Part shown: positions 28,494 through 37,649 of the stretch, piece after piece
Position numbering within the stretch: the first letter of the stretch is position 1
How the letters are laid out: each line of letters begins with the position of its first letter
NCBI GenBank assembly: GCA_050117845.1
Contig: JASFLY010000013.1
Coordinates: forward strand, 6,829-70,828
DNA: 64,000 bases
Reading direction: 5' to 3'
DNA from: Candidatus Zixiibacteriota bacterium
GTDB lineage: Bacteria; RBG-13-66-14; B26-G2; WVWN01
Notes under the pieces: generated by a model
What the model saw: only the letters and a program-made list of their open reading frames with translations
Databases searched by the model: none
What the model was told of the DNA's origin: nothing
Program-made: the position numbers and the translations under genes

Positions 28494-29783
28494 TCAGTCC
28501 GCCAGCGCCTTCTCGGACAACTTGAGCGCGCACATATTGGAGCACATGGTGCACGTCTCCGAGAGGACTTGGGGCTCGTTCTCGCGCCGCCGCCTCTCGG
28601 CTTCCGCCGGGTCGATGGCGAGTTCGGCCTGGCGCTTCCAGTCGAAGGCCCGGCGGGCCCGCGACATCTCCAGGTCCCATTCCGCCGCGCCGGGTATCCC
28701 CTTCGCGATGTCGCCGGCGTGCGCGGCGATGCGGGAGGCGATGACGCCCAGCCGCACGTCCTCGGGGCCGGGAAGGCTGATGTGTTCCGACGGCGTAACG
28801 TAGCAAAGGAAGTCCACGCCCGCGGCCGCGGCGATGGCCCCGCCGATGGCCGCCGTGATGTGGTCGTAGCCCGGGGCCACGTCCGTGACGAGCGGCCCCA
28901 GCGTGTAGAACGGCGTTCCGTCGCTGACGTCCTTTTGCAAGCGGATGTGCTCGGCCACGGCGTTCAGCGGGACGTGGCCCGGCCCTTCCAGCATGACCTG
29001 GGCGCCGCCCTGCCGGGAGCGCCGGGCGAGTTCGGCCAGCGTCAAAAGTTCGGTTATCTGGGCGCGGTCGTTGGCGTCGGCGAGGCAGCCGGGCCGCAGG
29101 CCGTCCCCCAGCGAGAACGTGAAGTCGTACTCCACGGCCATCGCGACGAGCCGGTCGAAGAACTCGTAGAACGGGTTCTCGGCCTTGTTGCGCGCCATCC
29201 ACCCGGCCATCAACGCGCCGCCCCTAGAAACGATGTCGAGTTCGCGGCGTTGACTTTTGAGGCGTTCTATGGCGTAGCGCGTGACGCCGGCGTGCAGCGT
29301 CATGAAGGAGACGCCGTCCCGGGCGTGGGTCTCGACGACGTCGAACAACTCGTCGACCGTGGCGTCTTCGAATTCCCGGCCCTCGTCGGCCAGCCGCGCC
29401 GCCAGCTCGTACACCGGAACGGTCCCGAGGGGGAGCGTCGTCTCGGCGATGACGGCCTTGCGAATGGCGCGGAGGTCGCCGCCGGTGGAGAGGTCCATCA
29501 GCGCGTCGGCGCCGGCCTCTTCCGCTACGCGGGTCTTGCAGAGTTCGAACTGGACGTCGGCGTGGTCGCGGCTGGTGCCGATGTTGGCGTTGACCTTGGT
29601 GCGCAGGCCCCCGCCGATGGCGACGGCGCGAACCCTCTCGCCGAGCGCTTTATTGAAGGGGAGAACCGCCGTCCCGCCGGCCACCGCCGCCCGGAGTTCC
29701 TCCGGCGTAAGGGGCTCGTTTTCCACGGCGCGGGTGACTTCATGAGTTATGCGGCCCTCGACGGCCGCCTGTAGTTGCGTCAT
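28494..29783 (-). CDS. thiC: Phosphomethylpyrimidine synthase (ThiC family; BzaF-type paralog not excluded)
   Basis: KVNANIGTS, MDLSTGGD, GTVPVY, TLHAG, VSRGG, SLGDGLRPG, EGPGH, CYVTPSEH, CTMCSNMC. Confidence 0.85.
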   Translation of the reverse strand: MTQLQAAVEGRITHEVTRAVENEPLTPEELRAAVAGGTAVLPFNKALGERVRAVAIGGGLRTKVNANIGTSRDHADVQFELCKTRVAEEAGADALMDLSTGGDLRAIRKAVIAETTLPLGTVPVYELAARLADEGREFEDATVDELFDVVETHARDGVSFMTLHAGVTRYAIERLKSQRRELDIVSRGGALMAGWMARNKAENPFYEFFDRLVAMAVEYDFTFSLGDGLRPGCLADANDRAQITELLTLAELARRSRQGGAQVMLEGPGHVPLNAVAEHIRLQKDVSDGTPFYTLGPLVTDVAPGYDHITAAIGGAIAAAAGVDFLCYVTPSEHISLPGPEDVRLGVIASRIAAHAGDIAKGIPGAAEWDLEMSRARRAFDWKRQAELAIDPAEAERRRRENEPQVLSETCTMCSNMCALKLSEKALAD

Positions 29784-29912
29784 TTTCCTATCATCTCCGG
29801 ACTTTTCGTATGTATAAGTGTAATAAAAACCACGTATAAAAGTCAAGGTGATTTGGGGTTAAACGTGCCGTCAGATGTTACCATATGGCGGCCTCAACGA
29901 AGCTGCGGGGAA

Positions 29913-29937
29913 CGGCGGGCGTAAAGCCCGCCGCTTC
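29913..29937. repeat. REP-like palindrome
   Basis: CGGCGGGC-GTAAA-GCCCGCCG-CTTC; same family as 31755-31812. Confidence 0.6.
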
Positions 29938-30055
29938 AATATTGAGTAACAAATGCAGGTTCCCGCTTCCGAGTCCTTGATTGGCCGGCGATATAACATT
30001 ATAATGGGCGAGTAATTATTATACCTCACCGGAACCACAGCGAAGGGGTGCACCC

Positions 30056-31723
30056 ATGCCTACCGACCTCGATATCGCCCGCGCCGCGACCATGCGGCCC
30101 ATCGTCGAAATAGCCGCCGAACTCGGCCTGACCGAGGACGACCTAGAACTCTACGGGAAGTACAAGGCCAAGGTCAAACTGGAGGCGCTCGCCGCCCGGC
30201 GCGACAAGCTGAGCAAGCAGCTGGTGCTCGTGTCCGCCATCACGCCCACTCCCGCGGGGGAGGGCAAGACCACCACCTCCATCGGCCTGGCGATGGGCCT
30301 GAACCGCCTGGGCGAACGGGCGTGCCTGGCCCTGCGCGAACCGAGCCTGGGGCCCGCTCTCGGCATGAAGGGCGGCGCGGCCGGCGGCGGCCACAGCCAG
30401 GTCCTGCCGATGCAGGACATCAACCTCCACTTCACGGGCGACATCCACGCCGTGGGCTCGGCGCACAACCTCCTTACGGCGATGGCCGACAACCACATCT
30501 ACCGGCGCCTCGAGCCCCGCCTCGACCCACGCCGCGTGAAATGGGGCCGCGTGCTCGACGTCAACGACCGGGAACTCCGCGACATCGTCGTCGGCCTGGG
30601 GAACCCCACCGACGGCGTTCCCCACGAGTCCTTCTTCGACATCACCGCCGCCTCGGAAGTTATGGCGATACTCTGCCTGGCGGAGGACCTGGCGGACCTC
30701 AAGCGCCGCGTCGGCAACATCCTGGTCGGCTTCACGTACGACCGGGAGCCGGTGTTCGCCCGGGACCTCGGCGCCGCCGGCGCCATGACGGTTATCCTGC
30801 GCGACGCGCTACAGCCCAACCTCGTCCAGACCATAGAGGGAACGCCGGCCTTCGTCCACGGCGGCCCCTTCGCCAACATCGCCCAGGGGACCAACTCCGT
30901 CGTGGCGACGAAGATGGCGCTCGCCCTCTCCGACTGGTGCATCACCGAGGCCGGCTTCGGCTTCGACCTGGGCGCGGAGAAGTTCTTCGACATCAAGTGC
31001 ACCTCGGCCGGCCTGGACACCGTGGCCGTCGTCCTGGTCGGGACGATCCGGGCGCTCAAGATGCACGGCGGCCGGTCCCTCAAGGAGTTGGCGGAACCGG
31101 ACCCGGCGGCGGTCGAGCGGGGCCTGCCGAACCTCGCCAAGCACCTCGAGAGTATCTGCCAGTTCAAGGAGACGCCGGTCGTAACCGTCAATAAATACTC
31201 GAGCGATACCGACGACGAGATAGCCGTGGTCCGCGAGTACTGCGAGGGGCGGGACGTCCCGTTCGCCGTCTGCGACGGCTGGGCCCGGGGCGGCGAGGGC
31301 GCTCTGGAACTGGCGGAGGCGGTGCGCGCCTCCGTGCCGGCCAACACGCCCTTCGAGCCGATGTACCGGCCCGAGGATTCCATCGAGGATAAGATATTCA
31401 AGGTCGCGAGCAAGGTCTACGGCGCCGAGGCGGTGGACTTCACGCCGCAGGCCAAGAAGGATATTCGGCGCATCAAGAAACTCGGCTACGAGGGGTTCCC
31501 GGTGTGCATCGCCAAGACGCAGAAATCCCTCTCCGATAACCCGAAGCTCCTGGGCAGGCCGGAGGACTTTTTGGTCACCGTGCGCGGGATAATCATCAAC
31601 GCCGGCGCCGGCTTCCTGGTGCCGCTGACGGGGGACATCATTAGGATGCCGGGCCTCCCGGCCGTCCCCGCGGCCACGCGGCTGGACGTGGACGAGAACG
31701 GCGACATCGTCGGCCTGGAATAG
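30056..31723 (+). CDS. fhs: Formate-tetrahydrofolate ligase
   Basis: YGKYKAK, TPTPAGEGKTT, REPSLGP, NLHFTGD, HGGPFANIA, TEAGFG.DLGAEKF, AKTQ.S, MPGLP. Confidence 0.97.
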   Translation: MPTDLDIARAATMRPIVEIAAELGLTEDDLELYGKYKAKVKLEALAARRDKLSKQLVLVSAITPTPAGEGKTTTSIGLAMGLNRLGERACLALREPSLGPALGMKGGAAGGGHSQVLPMQDINLHFTGDIHAVGSAHNLLTAMADNHIYRRLEPRLDPRRVKWGRVLDVNDRELRDIVVGLGNPTDGVPHESFFDITAASEVMAILCLAEDLADLKRRVGNILVGFTYDREPVFARDLGAAGAMTVILRDALQPNLVQTIEGTPAFVHGGPFANIAQGTNSVVATKMALALSDWCITEAGFGFDLGAEKFFDIKCTSAGLDTVAVVLVGTIRALKMHGGRSLKELAEPDPAAVERGLPNLAKHLESICQFKETPVVTVNKYSSDTDDEIAVVREYCEGRDVPFAVCDGWARGGEGALELAEAVRASVPANTPFEPMYRPEDSIEDKIFKVASKVYGAEAVDFTPQAKKDIRRIKKLGYEGFPVCIAKTQKSLSDNPKLLGRPEDFLVTVRGIIINAGAGFLVPLTGDIIRMPGLPAVPAATRLDVDENGDIVGLE

Positions 31724-31754
31724 CGCCGGGTCGAACCTTCCCATTACCTATAAC

Positions 31755-31812
31755 GTAGCGGCGGCCTTTAAGGCCGCCGTAGCGTTACGGCCGGCATAAA
31801 GCCGGCCGCTTC
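31755..31812. repeat. Inverted REP doublet (REPIN-like)
   Basis: GTAG-CGGCGGCC-TTTAA-GGCCGCCG plus the inverted copy CGGCCGGC-ATAAA-GCCGGCCG-CTTC. Confidence 0.6.
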
Positions 31813-31860
31813 AGAGGGCGGTATTTTCGGGCGCCGCCGGTTGTTAAGACTCGGCGGCTT

Positions 31861-31923
31861 CCCATATGATTTAGGAAAATAATCCGGCGGGGTCGCCGGA
31901 AAAACCCATATGATTTCGGAAAA
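31861..31923. repeat. 19-bp direct repeat, two copies 44 bp apart
   Basis: CCCATATGATTT(A/C)GGAAAA at 31861 and 31905. Confidence 0.7.
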
Positions 31924-31949
31924 AAACCGCCCGAACGGGCGGCTTTTTT
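31920..31949. terminator. Bidirectional terminator between fhs and the radical SAM operon
   Basis: AAAAAA-CCGCCCG-AA-CGGGCGG-CTTTTTT. Confidence 0.75.
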
Positions 31950-32036
31950 GGTAGCGAATAAACGGGAATGGAGCGAAATAAACCGCCGAGTTACTTAAAG
32001 TTGTTTATACGCATCGGCGCGTAACGGCCTCATATT

Positions 32037-33530
32037 TCAATCGCTGGGGTTCGCCCGGGTCGCCAACTCCTGCGGGGCGACGCGGGGGGAGTGGGCGCCG
32101 CAGCTCTCGGCGTCCGGTTCCTCCTGGCCCTCGGGCGTGGGGTAGAAGCCGAACTGCCGCATGGCCGCGAGTTTGGGCAGGACGTTATTTTCGAGGTCAA
32201 TGTGGAAGAAGCCGGGGAAGACGTCGGCGTTGTCGACGATGAGGTCGAAGTAGCTGTTGTACTTGTCGGGCAGCGAGACCTCGCCGCCCACGCAGACCTC
32301 GTGGCCGGTGAAGACGAACTCCGGAAAGAGGTAGGGGCAGAACTCGAGCGTCGTCTTGGCGGCCCATTCCTCGTAGATGGGCGTCTGCGGCAGCAGCGAC
32401 AGCAGGCTCGGGAGGATGCGCGCCCCCATCATTCGGAACGAGACCATCTGGAAGAGCGACTGGTGGAAGTCCTCCATCGTCTCGAACGGGAATCCCCACA
32501 CGTAGAAGGCGTCGACGCGGGGGAAGATTTCTATCGCCTGCGGGATGAGGTCCAGCGTCTCCTGGGCCGTGAATCCTTTCTTGATGAGCCCTAGGATGCG
32601 GTCGGAGCCGGACTCGATGCCGAAGCGCAACTCCAGGCAGCCGCTGTCGGCCATCGCCTTCATCATCTCCACGTCGCAGAGGTTGACGCGGCCGAAGGCC
32701 TTCCAGTTGACGTCGAGGCCGGACCCCTCGAGTTCCCGGCAGAACTCCATGACCTGCTTCTTGCCCGAGACGAAGAACTCGTCCTGGAATAAAAAGAGGT
32801 CTACGCCCGCCTCCTCGTGCAGGACGCGCATCTCGTCCACGATGCTCTTCGCGCTGCGGGAGTAGCTCTCGTAGTTCCAGACGGGCGCCACCGAGCAAAA
32901 GGTGCAAGGGTAGGGGCAACCGCGGCTCGTCATCATGCCGTAGCCGGCGTACTCGCCGAGCTCTATCTTGTGGAAGGCGGGCAGGGGAATGCCGTCGAGG
33001 TCGGCCATGCGTTCCCGGTTCGGGTTGTGGACGACGCGGCCTTCGTCGCGGTAGGAGATGCCCGCCACGGCCGAGAGGTCTCCCCCGCGCGAGAGGGTCC
33101 CGACGAGCTCGGGGCCCGTGAGTTCCGCCTCGCCCCGGCAGACGACGTCCACCCACGGGAAGCGCGTCAATACCTTGTCCTCCACCGACTTCGACCCCAC
33201 GCCCCCCAGGACGAGCTTCCGGTCCGGGTAGCGCTCCCGCAGGGCCCGGAGGGCCATGAGGGAGAAGGGCAGGAGGTTGGCCATGCACGACAGGCCGATG
33301 ACGGGCGCCGGGTCGTCCAGGTAGTCGAGGAAGACGTCCATGTCGAACGGGTCGTCCGACGGGCAGCGCTGGTAGTCGCGGAAGTCGACGTCGAAGCCGG
33401 CGTCCTCCAGCGCCGTGGTCAGGTAGAGCGGCCCGAGGGGGACGTGCAGTTCGCGCTCGACCTCCTCGCCGTAGCGGATAAAAAGCATGTTTAGATTTAC
33501 GAGCGTGATGTCGCCGGGCATATCATTCAC
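32037..33530 (-). CDS. Cobalamin-dependent (class B) radical SAM protein
   Basis: N-terminal B12-binding domain (PLGPLYL..ALE.AG, GLSCM, LVLGG, VCRGEAE), TSRGCPYPCTFC (CxxxCxxC), FQDEFF, FGIESGS..IL..IKKG, GFP.ET.ED; start overlaps the upstream paralog's stop. Confidence 0.92.
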   Translation of the reverse strand: MNDMPGDITLVNLNMLFIRYGEEVERELHVPLGPLYLTTALEDAGFDVDFRDYQRCPSDDPFDMDVFLDYLDDPAPVIGLSCMANLLPFSLMALRALRERYPDRKLVLGGVGSKSVEDKVLTRFPWVDVVCRGEAELTGPELVGTLSRGGDLSAVAGISYRDEGRVVHNPNRERMADLDGIPLPAFHKIELGEYAGYGMMTSRGCPYPCTFCSVAPVWNYESYSRSAKSIVDEMRVLHEEAGVDLFLFQDEFFVSGKKQVMEFCRELEGSGLDVNWKAFGRVNLCDVEMMKAMADSGCLELRFGIESGSDRILGLIKKGFTAQETLDLIPQAIEIFPRVDAFYVWGFPFETMEDFHQSLFQMVSFRMMGARILPSLLSLLPQTPIYEEWAAKTTLEFCPYLFPEFVFTGHEVCVGGEVSLPDKYNSYFDLIVDNADVFPGFFHIDLENNVLPKLAAMRQFGFYPTPEGQEEPDAESCGAHSPRVAPQELATRANPSD

Positions 33531-34242
33531 CGGTTCCTTCGCTTGGTTTGTCGGGTTGTATCCCCACGCTGAGCGGTATTATCGGTTTGGGGTGGGGGTT
33601 GGACGCTTCTACTTCTATCGTGACGGCCGTCCGTTCTCCCGCTCGGACTTGTACGCCCGGCAAGGTTGCGAGGGCAAAATCGTCGCTGGGGCGGAACGCG
33701 TATAACTCGTAAGTTCCGGGGCGCAGGTTTCTAAAGCGGAAGCCGCCGTCTTTTCCGGGCCGGGCGTAAAAATCGGTCCCCGCGATATTGACCCATACGT
33801 CGCTTCCGGGGCCGCCGGACGCGCCGACAACGACGCCGGTTATTACGCCGGTGTCATCGGCGATTTCCCCCGCAGGTATTTCCTCCGGGTTCGCGGGCTC
33901 CGGCGCCTCGCGGGAGATTTCCGGCGTTCCCGTTTCGGCCGCGCGTTCGTTTCCTTCTCCCTTGCACCCGGAGGCCGCCGTCCCCATCGCCGCGAGCATT
34001 GCCGTAGCGGTCGCGCCGAGTAGTACGGGCCGCAGGCTCGGCCTCACCTTCGTACGAGCTATTATTGCTTTAAGCTGTTCCTCGGGCACGGCGCCCAGCA
34101 ACGCCGCCTCGGCCGGCGTCAACGCGAGCGCGACGTCGTCGGCCGCGCCGGCACGTTTCGCCAGTAACGCTTTCCTGAAGGCCGGGTCCACCGCGGCCTT
34201 CTTGATTAATACCTCTATATTTCGGGACAACGGCGCCGCCAT
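33523..34242 (-). CDS. NHLP-like-leader paralog 12: lipoprotein with carboxypeptidase-regulatory-like domain
   Basis: RNIEVLIKKAAVDPAFRKALL leader, ASGC lipobox, GVITGVV...LRPGTYEL, C-terminal GIQPD. Confidence 0.85.
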   Translation of the reverse strand: MAAPLSRNIEVLIKKAAVDPAFRKALLAKRAGAADDVALALTPAEAALLGAVPEEQLKAIIARTKVRPSLRPVLLGATATAMLAAMGTAASGCKGEGNERAAETGTPEISREAPEPANPEEIPAGEIADDTGVITGVVVGASGGPGSDVWVNIAGTDFYARPGKDGGFRFRNLRPGTYELYAFRPSDDFALATLPGVQVRAGERTAVTIEVEASNPHPKPIIPLSVGIQPDKPSEGTGE

Positions 34243-34243
34243 G

Positions 34244-34951
34244 TCATTCGCCTCTCTCGTCGGGCCAGTCCGGCAGGATACCTGCCGGTACTGGTCTGAG
34301 GCGGATTTCGTCTTTTGTATTTAGCTCCAACGAAACTTCCGTTTTTACCCCAACTTCCGCTTCGATCCGGGAACGGTTTAAAGGCGCATAACCGTCCACG
34401 TCGAAAATGAGAGTGTAGGTGCCGGGGAGAACGGGGGAGAGGACGTAGAAGCCGCGGCTATTCGTAACCGTTTCCTGGCCGGTCTCGTCAATTATGACCT
34501 CGGCGTTAACGAACGGCTTGCCGAACTCGTTGATGACGCGGCCGTAGATGACGCCGGCGTCCTCGGGTGTGTCGATATCGTCGGCGTTGTCGATATCGTT
34601 ATCTAAGGGCGCGTCCGGGATATCGGGCCCGGGGTCAATGCCGGTGACGATTAGCTCCCATTTATTCTCATCCTCGCCGTACGCCCCGGCGGTCAATGCC
34701 GCGAGCATCGCCGTAGCGGTCGCGCCGAGCAGTACGGGCCTCAGGCTCGGCCTTACCTTCGTACGAGCTATAATTGCTTTAAGATGTTCCTCTGGCACGA
34801 CGCCCAGCAACGCCGCCTCGGCGGCCGTTAGCGTAAGCGCGACTTCCTCGGCCGCGCCGGCACGTTTCGCCAGCAACGTCTTCCTGAAGGCCGGGTCCAC
34901 CGCGGCTTTCTTGATCAATACCTCGATATTTCGGGACAGCGGGGCCGCCAT
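34244..34951 (-). CDS. NHLP-like-leader paralog 11: secreted, carboxypeptidase-regulatory-like domain
   Basis: Same leader, AYG cleavage site, GIDPG and GILPD motifs, GVIYGRV...PGTYTL. Confidence 0.85.
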   Translation of the reverse strand: MAAPLSRNIEVLIKKAAVDPAFRKTLLAKRAGAAEEVALTLTAAEAALLGVVPEEHLKAIIARTKVRPSLRPVLLGATATAMLAALTAGAYGEDENKWELIVTGIDPGPDIPDAPLDNDIDNADDIDTPEDAGVIYGRVINEFGKPFVNAEVIIDETGQETVTNSRGFYVLSPVLPGTYTLIFDVDGYAPLNRSRIEAEVGVKTEVSLELNTKDEIRLRPVPAGILPDWPDERGE

Positions 34952-34952
34952 G

Positions 34953-35660
34953 TCATTCGCCCTCTCCGTCGGGCCGGTCGGGCCGGATGCCGGTTCCCAT
35001 GCCGCTACCGTAAAGCTCTATGCCGGGTTGAATGTATACCTGCAACGAAACGTCGGTTTTCATCCCTTCCCGGACTTCGACGTCTTTTTGTTTTTCCCTT
35101 TCCGCGCCCGGTACGTAGACGACGACGGTATATTTCCCCGGCGGAACGGGGGACACGACGTAATAGCCGTGGCGGTTCGTGATGGTGTCGATTTCCAACT
35201 CTTCGATTTGTACGGTTATAAATGGTACGGGCTCGCCGTCCTGGTCGCGGATGCAGCCGTAGATGAGGCCAGCCCCCTCCGGGACCTCGAGACCCTCCGG
35301 GCTGTCCATCGTATAGCTGTACGTTTCCGGCGGAACGCCGGGTTGGGCGCCGTAGCTTTTGACCGGTGCGTCGTCGACTTCGGCGGGAGTCGCCCGGGTC
35401 GCGAGGGCCGCGAGCATCGCCGCCGCCGCGTAACCGAGGAACACGGGACGGAGACCCGGGCTCACCCTGGTCCGGCCCACGATCGCTTTGAGCTGGTCCT
35501 CGGGCACGGCTTCGAGTATCGCCGCCTCGGCGGCCGTCAGCGTAAGCGCGATGTCGTCGGCCGCGCCGGCGCGCTTCTCGAGTAGCTTCTTCTTGAAGGC
35601 CGGGTCGACCGCGGCCTTGTGGATTAATACTTCGACGTTCCGGGGGGCCTCTCCGGGCAT
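34953..35660 (-). CDS. NHLP-like-leader paralog 10: secreted, carboxypeptidase-regulatory-like domain
   Basis: Same leader, GAQPG and TGIRPDRP motifs, VPPGKYTV. Confidence 0.85.
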   Translation of the reverse strand: MPGEAPRNVEVLIHKAAVDPAFKKKLLEKRAGAADDIALTLTAAEAAILEAVPEDQLKAIVGRTRVSPGLRPVFLGYAAAAMLAALATRATPAEVDDAPVKSYGAQPGVPPETYSYTMDSPEGLEVPEGAGLIYGCIRDQDGEPVPFITVQIEELEIDTITNRHGYYVVSPVPPGKYTVVVYVPGAEREKQKDVEVREGMKTDVSLQVYIQPGIELYGSGMGTGIRPDRPDGEGE

Positions 35661-35661
35661 A

Positions 35662-36357
35662 TTATTCGCCTTTCTCTTCGGGGAGGTCGGGGCGGATTCC
35701 CGTTACGGGGTGTTCTCCGGGGCCGAGGATCAGTTTTACCGATACTTCGGTTTTCATCCCTTCCCGCACTTCGACGTGGGAGCGGGGCTCTTTCCCGTAT
35801 CCGGACATCGCGAAGCTGAGGTCGTGGAAACCCGGGGGGACCGGCGTCAGGACATAGAAACCGTAGCGATTCGTTGCCGTCTCCATCCCCAGATCGACGA
35901 TCGTTACGACTACGTTCGAAGCCGGGTCGCCGAACTCGTCGACGACGCGGCCGAAGATAACGCCGGCGTCGTCGGGTACGTCGATATCCGCGGGGTCGTT
36001 TATAGTACTGTCGTAAATCCGGGGAGGGATAATCGGGTCGGCGCCGAAATTAATAACGGTCTCCCGCTGACTCGCTTCCTCGCCGTACGCCGCGGCGGCC
36101 AGCGCCGCCAGCATCGCCCCGGCGGTCGCGCCGAGTAGTACGGGCCGCAGGTTCGGGCTCACCTTCGTCCGGCCTATGATGGTTTTTAGCTGTTCGTCGG
36201 ACACGGCCTCGAGCATCGCGGCTTCCGCCGGCTCGAGCGCGAGCGCGATGTCGTCCGCGGCCCGGGCCCGTTTCGACAGGAGCGTTTCCTTGAACGCCGG
36301 ATCCACGGCGGCCTTTTTGATCAGCACTTCGACGTTCCGGGGGATTTCGCGCCGCAT
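35662..36357 (-). CDS. NHLP-like-leader paralog 9: secreted, carboxypeptidase-regulatory-like domain
   Basis: Same leader, AYG site, GADP and TGIRPDLP motifs. Confidence 0.85.
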   Translation of the reverse strand: MRREIPRNVEVLIKKAAVDPAFKETLLSKRARAADDIALALEPAEAAMLEAVSDEQLKTIIGRTKVSPNLRPVLLGATAGAMLAALAAAAYGEEASQRETVINFGADPIIPPRIYDSTINDPADIDVPDDAGVIFGRVVDEFGDPASNVVVTIVDLGMETATNRYGFYVLTPVPPGFHDLSFAMSGYGKEPRSHVEVREGMKTEVSVKLILGPGEHPVTGIRPDLPEEKGE

Positions 36358-36358
36358 A

Positions 36359-36907
36359 TTATTTACCTTTCTCTTCCGGCACGTCGGGCCGAATGCCGGT
36401 TTCTATGTCCATGGTCGATGGGTAGGGTTCGACCGTCGCGGCCGTTTCGGCCGAGGCCTCTTCTGAATACGGGTCGTCGGGATAATCGGGGTCGATTCCC
36501 CGGTCTATCGGGTCCTCCTCGGGCCGCGGGGGCTTGCACCCGGAAGCGGCCAGAGCCGCCAGCATAGCGGCCGCCACGGCTCCCAGGAACGCTGGCCGCA
36601 GGCTCGGGCTCACCTTCGTCCGGCCTATGATGGCCCGGAGCTGGTCCTCGGGGACGGCGCCCAGCATCGCGGCCTCGGCCGGCTCGAGCGATAGGCCGAT
36701 GTCTTCGGCCGCCCGGGCCCGTTTGGATAATAATACCTTTTTGAACGCCGGGTCCACCGCCGCCTTCTTCACCAGGACCTCGACGCCGCGCGGGACTTCG
36801 CCCATGCTGCGGCCCGAGCGCGGCGGTTGGCCGCCGACTATCGTCGTCTTCACGACCTCCGGCTCTCCGGGTCGGGCCATCTTCACTCTATCGGTGTGTT
36901 CGCTCAT
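36359..36907 (-). CDS. NHLP-like-leader paralog 8: short lipopeptide-type
   Basis: TTIVGGQPP extension, leader, ASGC lipobox, GIDPDYP and TGIRPD; no folded cargo. Confidence 0.85.
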   Translation of the reverse strand: MSEHTDRVKMARPGEPEVVKTTIVGGQPPRSGRSMGEVPRGVEVLVKKAAVDPAFKKVLLSKRARAAEDIGLSLEPAEAAMLGAVPEDQLRAIIGRTKVSPSLRPAFLGAVAAAMLAALAASGCKPPRPEEDPIDRGIDPDYPDDPYSEEASAETAATVEPYPSTMDIETGIRPDVPEEKGK

Positions 36908-36917
36908 GCTTCCTCCG

Positions 36918-37649
36918 TTAAGGCCTGTCGGGTCGGATGCCGTCGATGGCCGGGCTGCGGTTCGGCGACCCGGCGCCGTCTTCCTTTTTCACCAGTACAA
37001 AGGTAACGCTGGTTTTGTAGTCTTTCAAGATATATATGTTCTCCTGGATGTCGGCTTCGTACCCCGGTTTCGACGCTTTAACCGACCAACACCCGAGCCG
37101 TACGTTTTCTATTTCGTATTCTCCGGCGGCGTTGGTGGTGGTAGATTTATCGCCTTCCATCGTGCTGACCGTAATTTTTACGTTACTAATAGGCCGGTTT
37201 TCGGAGTTCAGGACGCGGCCGAATAATACGCTATATTCCGCTTCCAGGTCCATATCTTCCGGTGCGACGTTAGGATCTCGACTGGGCGGAGCGCCAGGGG
37301 GACGGATGGCGTCCGGCGGGATGCTGCCTGGCGAAATGCCGTAAGTCTTCTCACCGGCCCGCCCGGAGGCCGGCGTTATAACTGTAGTCCCTATCGCCGC
37401 CAACATCGCCGTCGCCGCGGACCCCAGGAAAGCGGGCCGCAGGCCCGGCTTGACCTTAGTCCGGTTTATTATAGCGCGGAGTTGGTCCTCGGGGACGGCA
37501 TTTATCACCGCGGCCTCGGCCGGCTCGAGCGCAAGGCCGATGTCTTCGGCCGCCCGGGCCCGCTTGGATAATAATACCTTTTTGAAGGCCGGGTCAACCG
37601 CGGCTTTTTTTATCAGGACCTCAACGTTACGGGGAATCTCCCTCGACAT
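36918..37649 (-). CDS. NHLP-like-leader paralog 7: carboxypeptidase-regulatory-like domain
   Basis: Same leader, GISPG, AIRPP, C-terminal GIRPDRP. Confidence 0.85.
   Translation of the reverse strand: MSREIPRNVEVLIKKAAVDPAFKKVLLSKRARAAEDIGLALEPAEAAVINAVPEDQLRAIINRTKVKPGLRPAFLGSAATAMLAAIGTTVITPASGRAGEKTYGISPGSIPPDAIRPPGAPPSRDPNVAPEDMDLEAEYSVLFGRVLNSENRPISNVKITVSTMEGDKSTTTNAAGEYEIENVRLGCWSVKASKPGYEADIQENIYILKDYKTSVTFVLVKKEDGAGSPNRSPAIDGIRPDRP

Noticed and set aside
29784-30055. TPP, cobalamin or THF riboswitch between thiC and fhs
   Set aside because: I could not find the conserved cores by eye; the hairpin present matches the REP-like family. An Rfam scan would be decisive
31861-31923. Possible CRISPR array
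   Set aside because: Only two 19-bp copies and no cas genes
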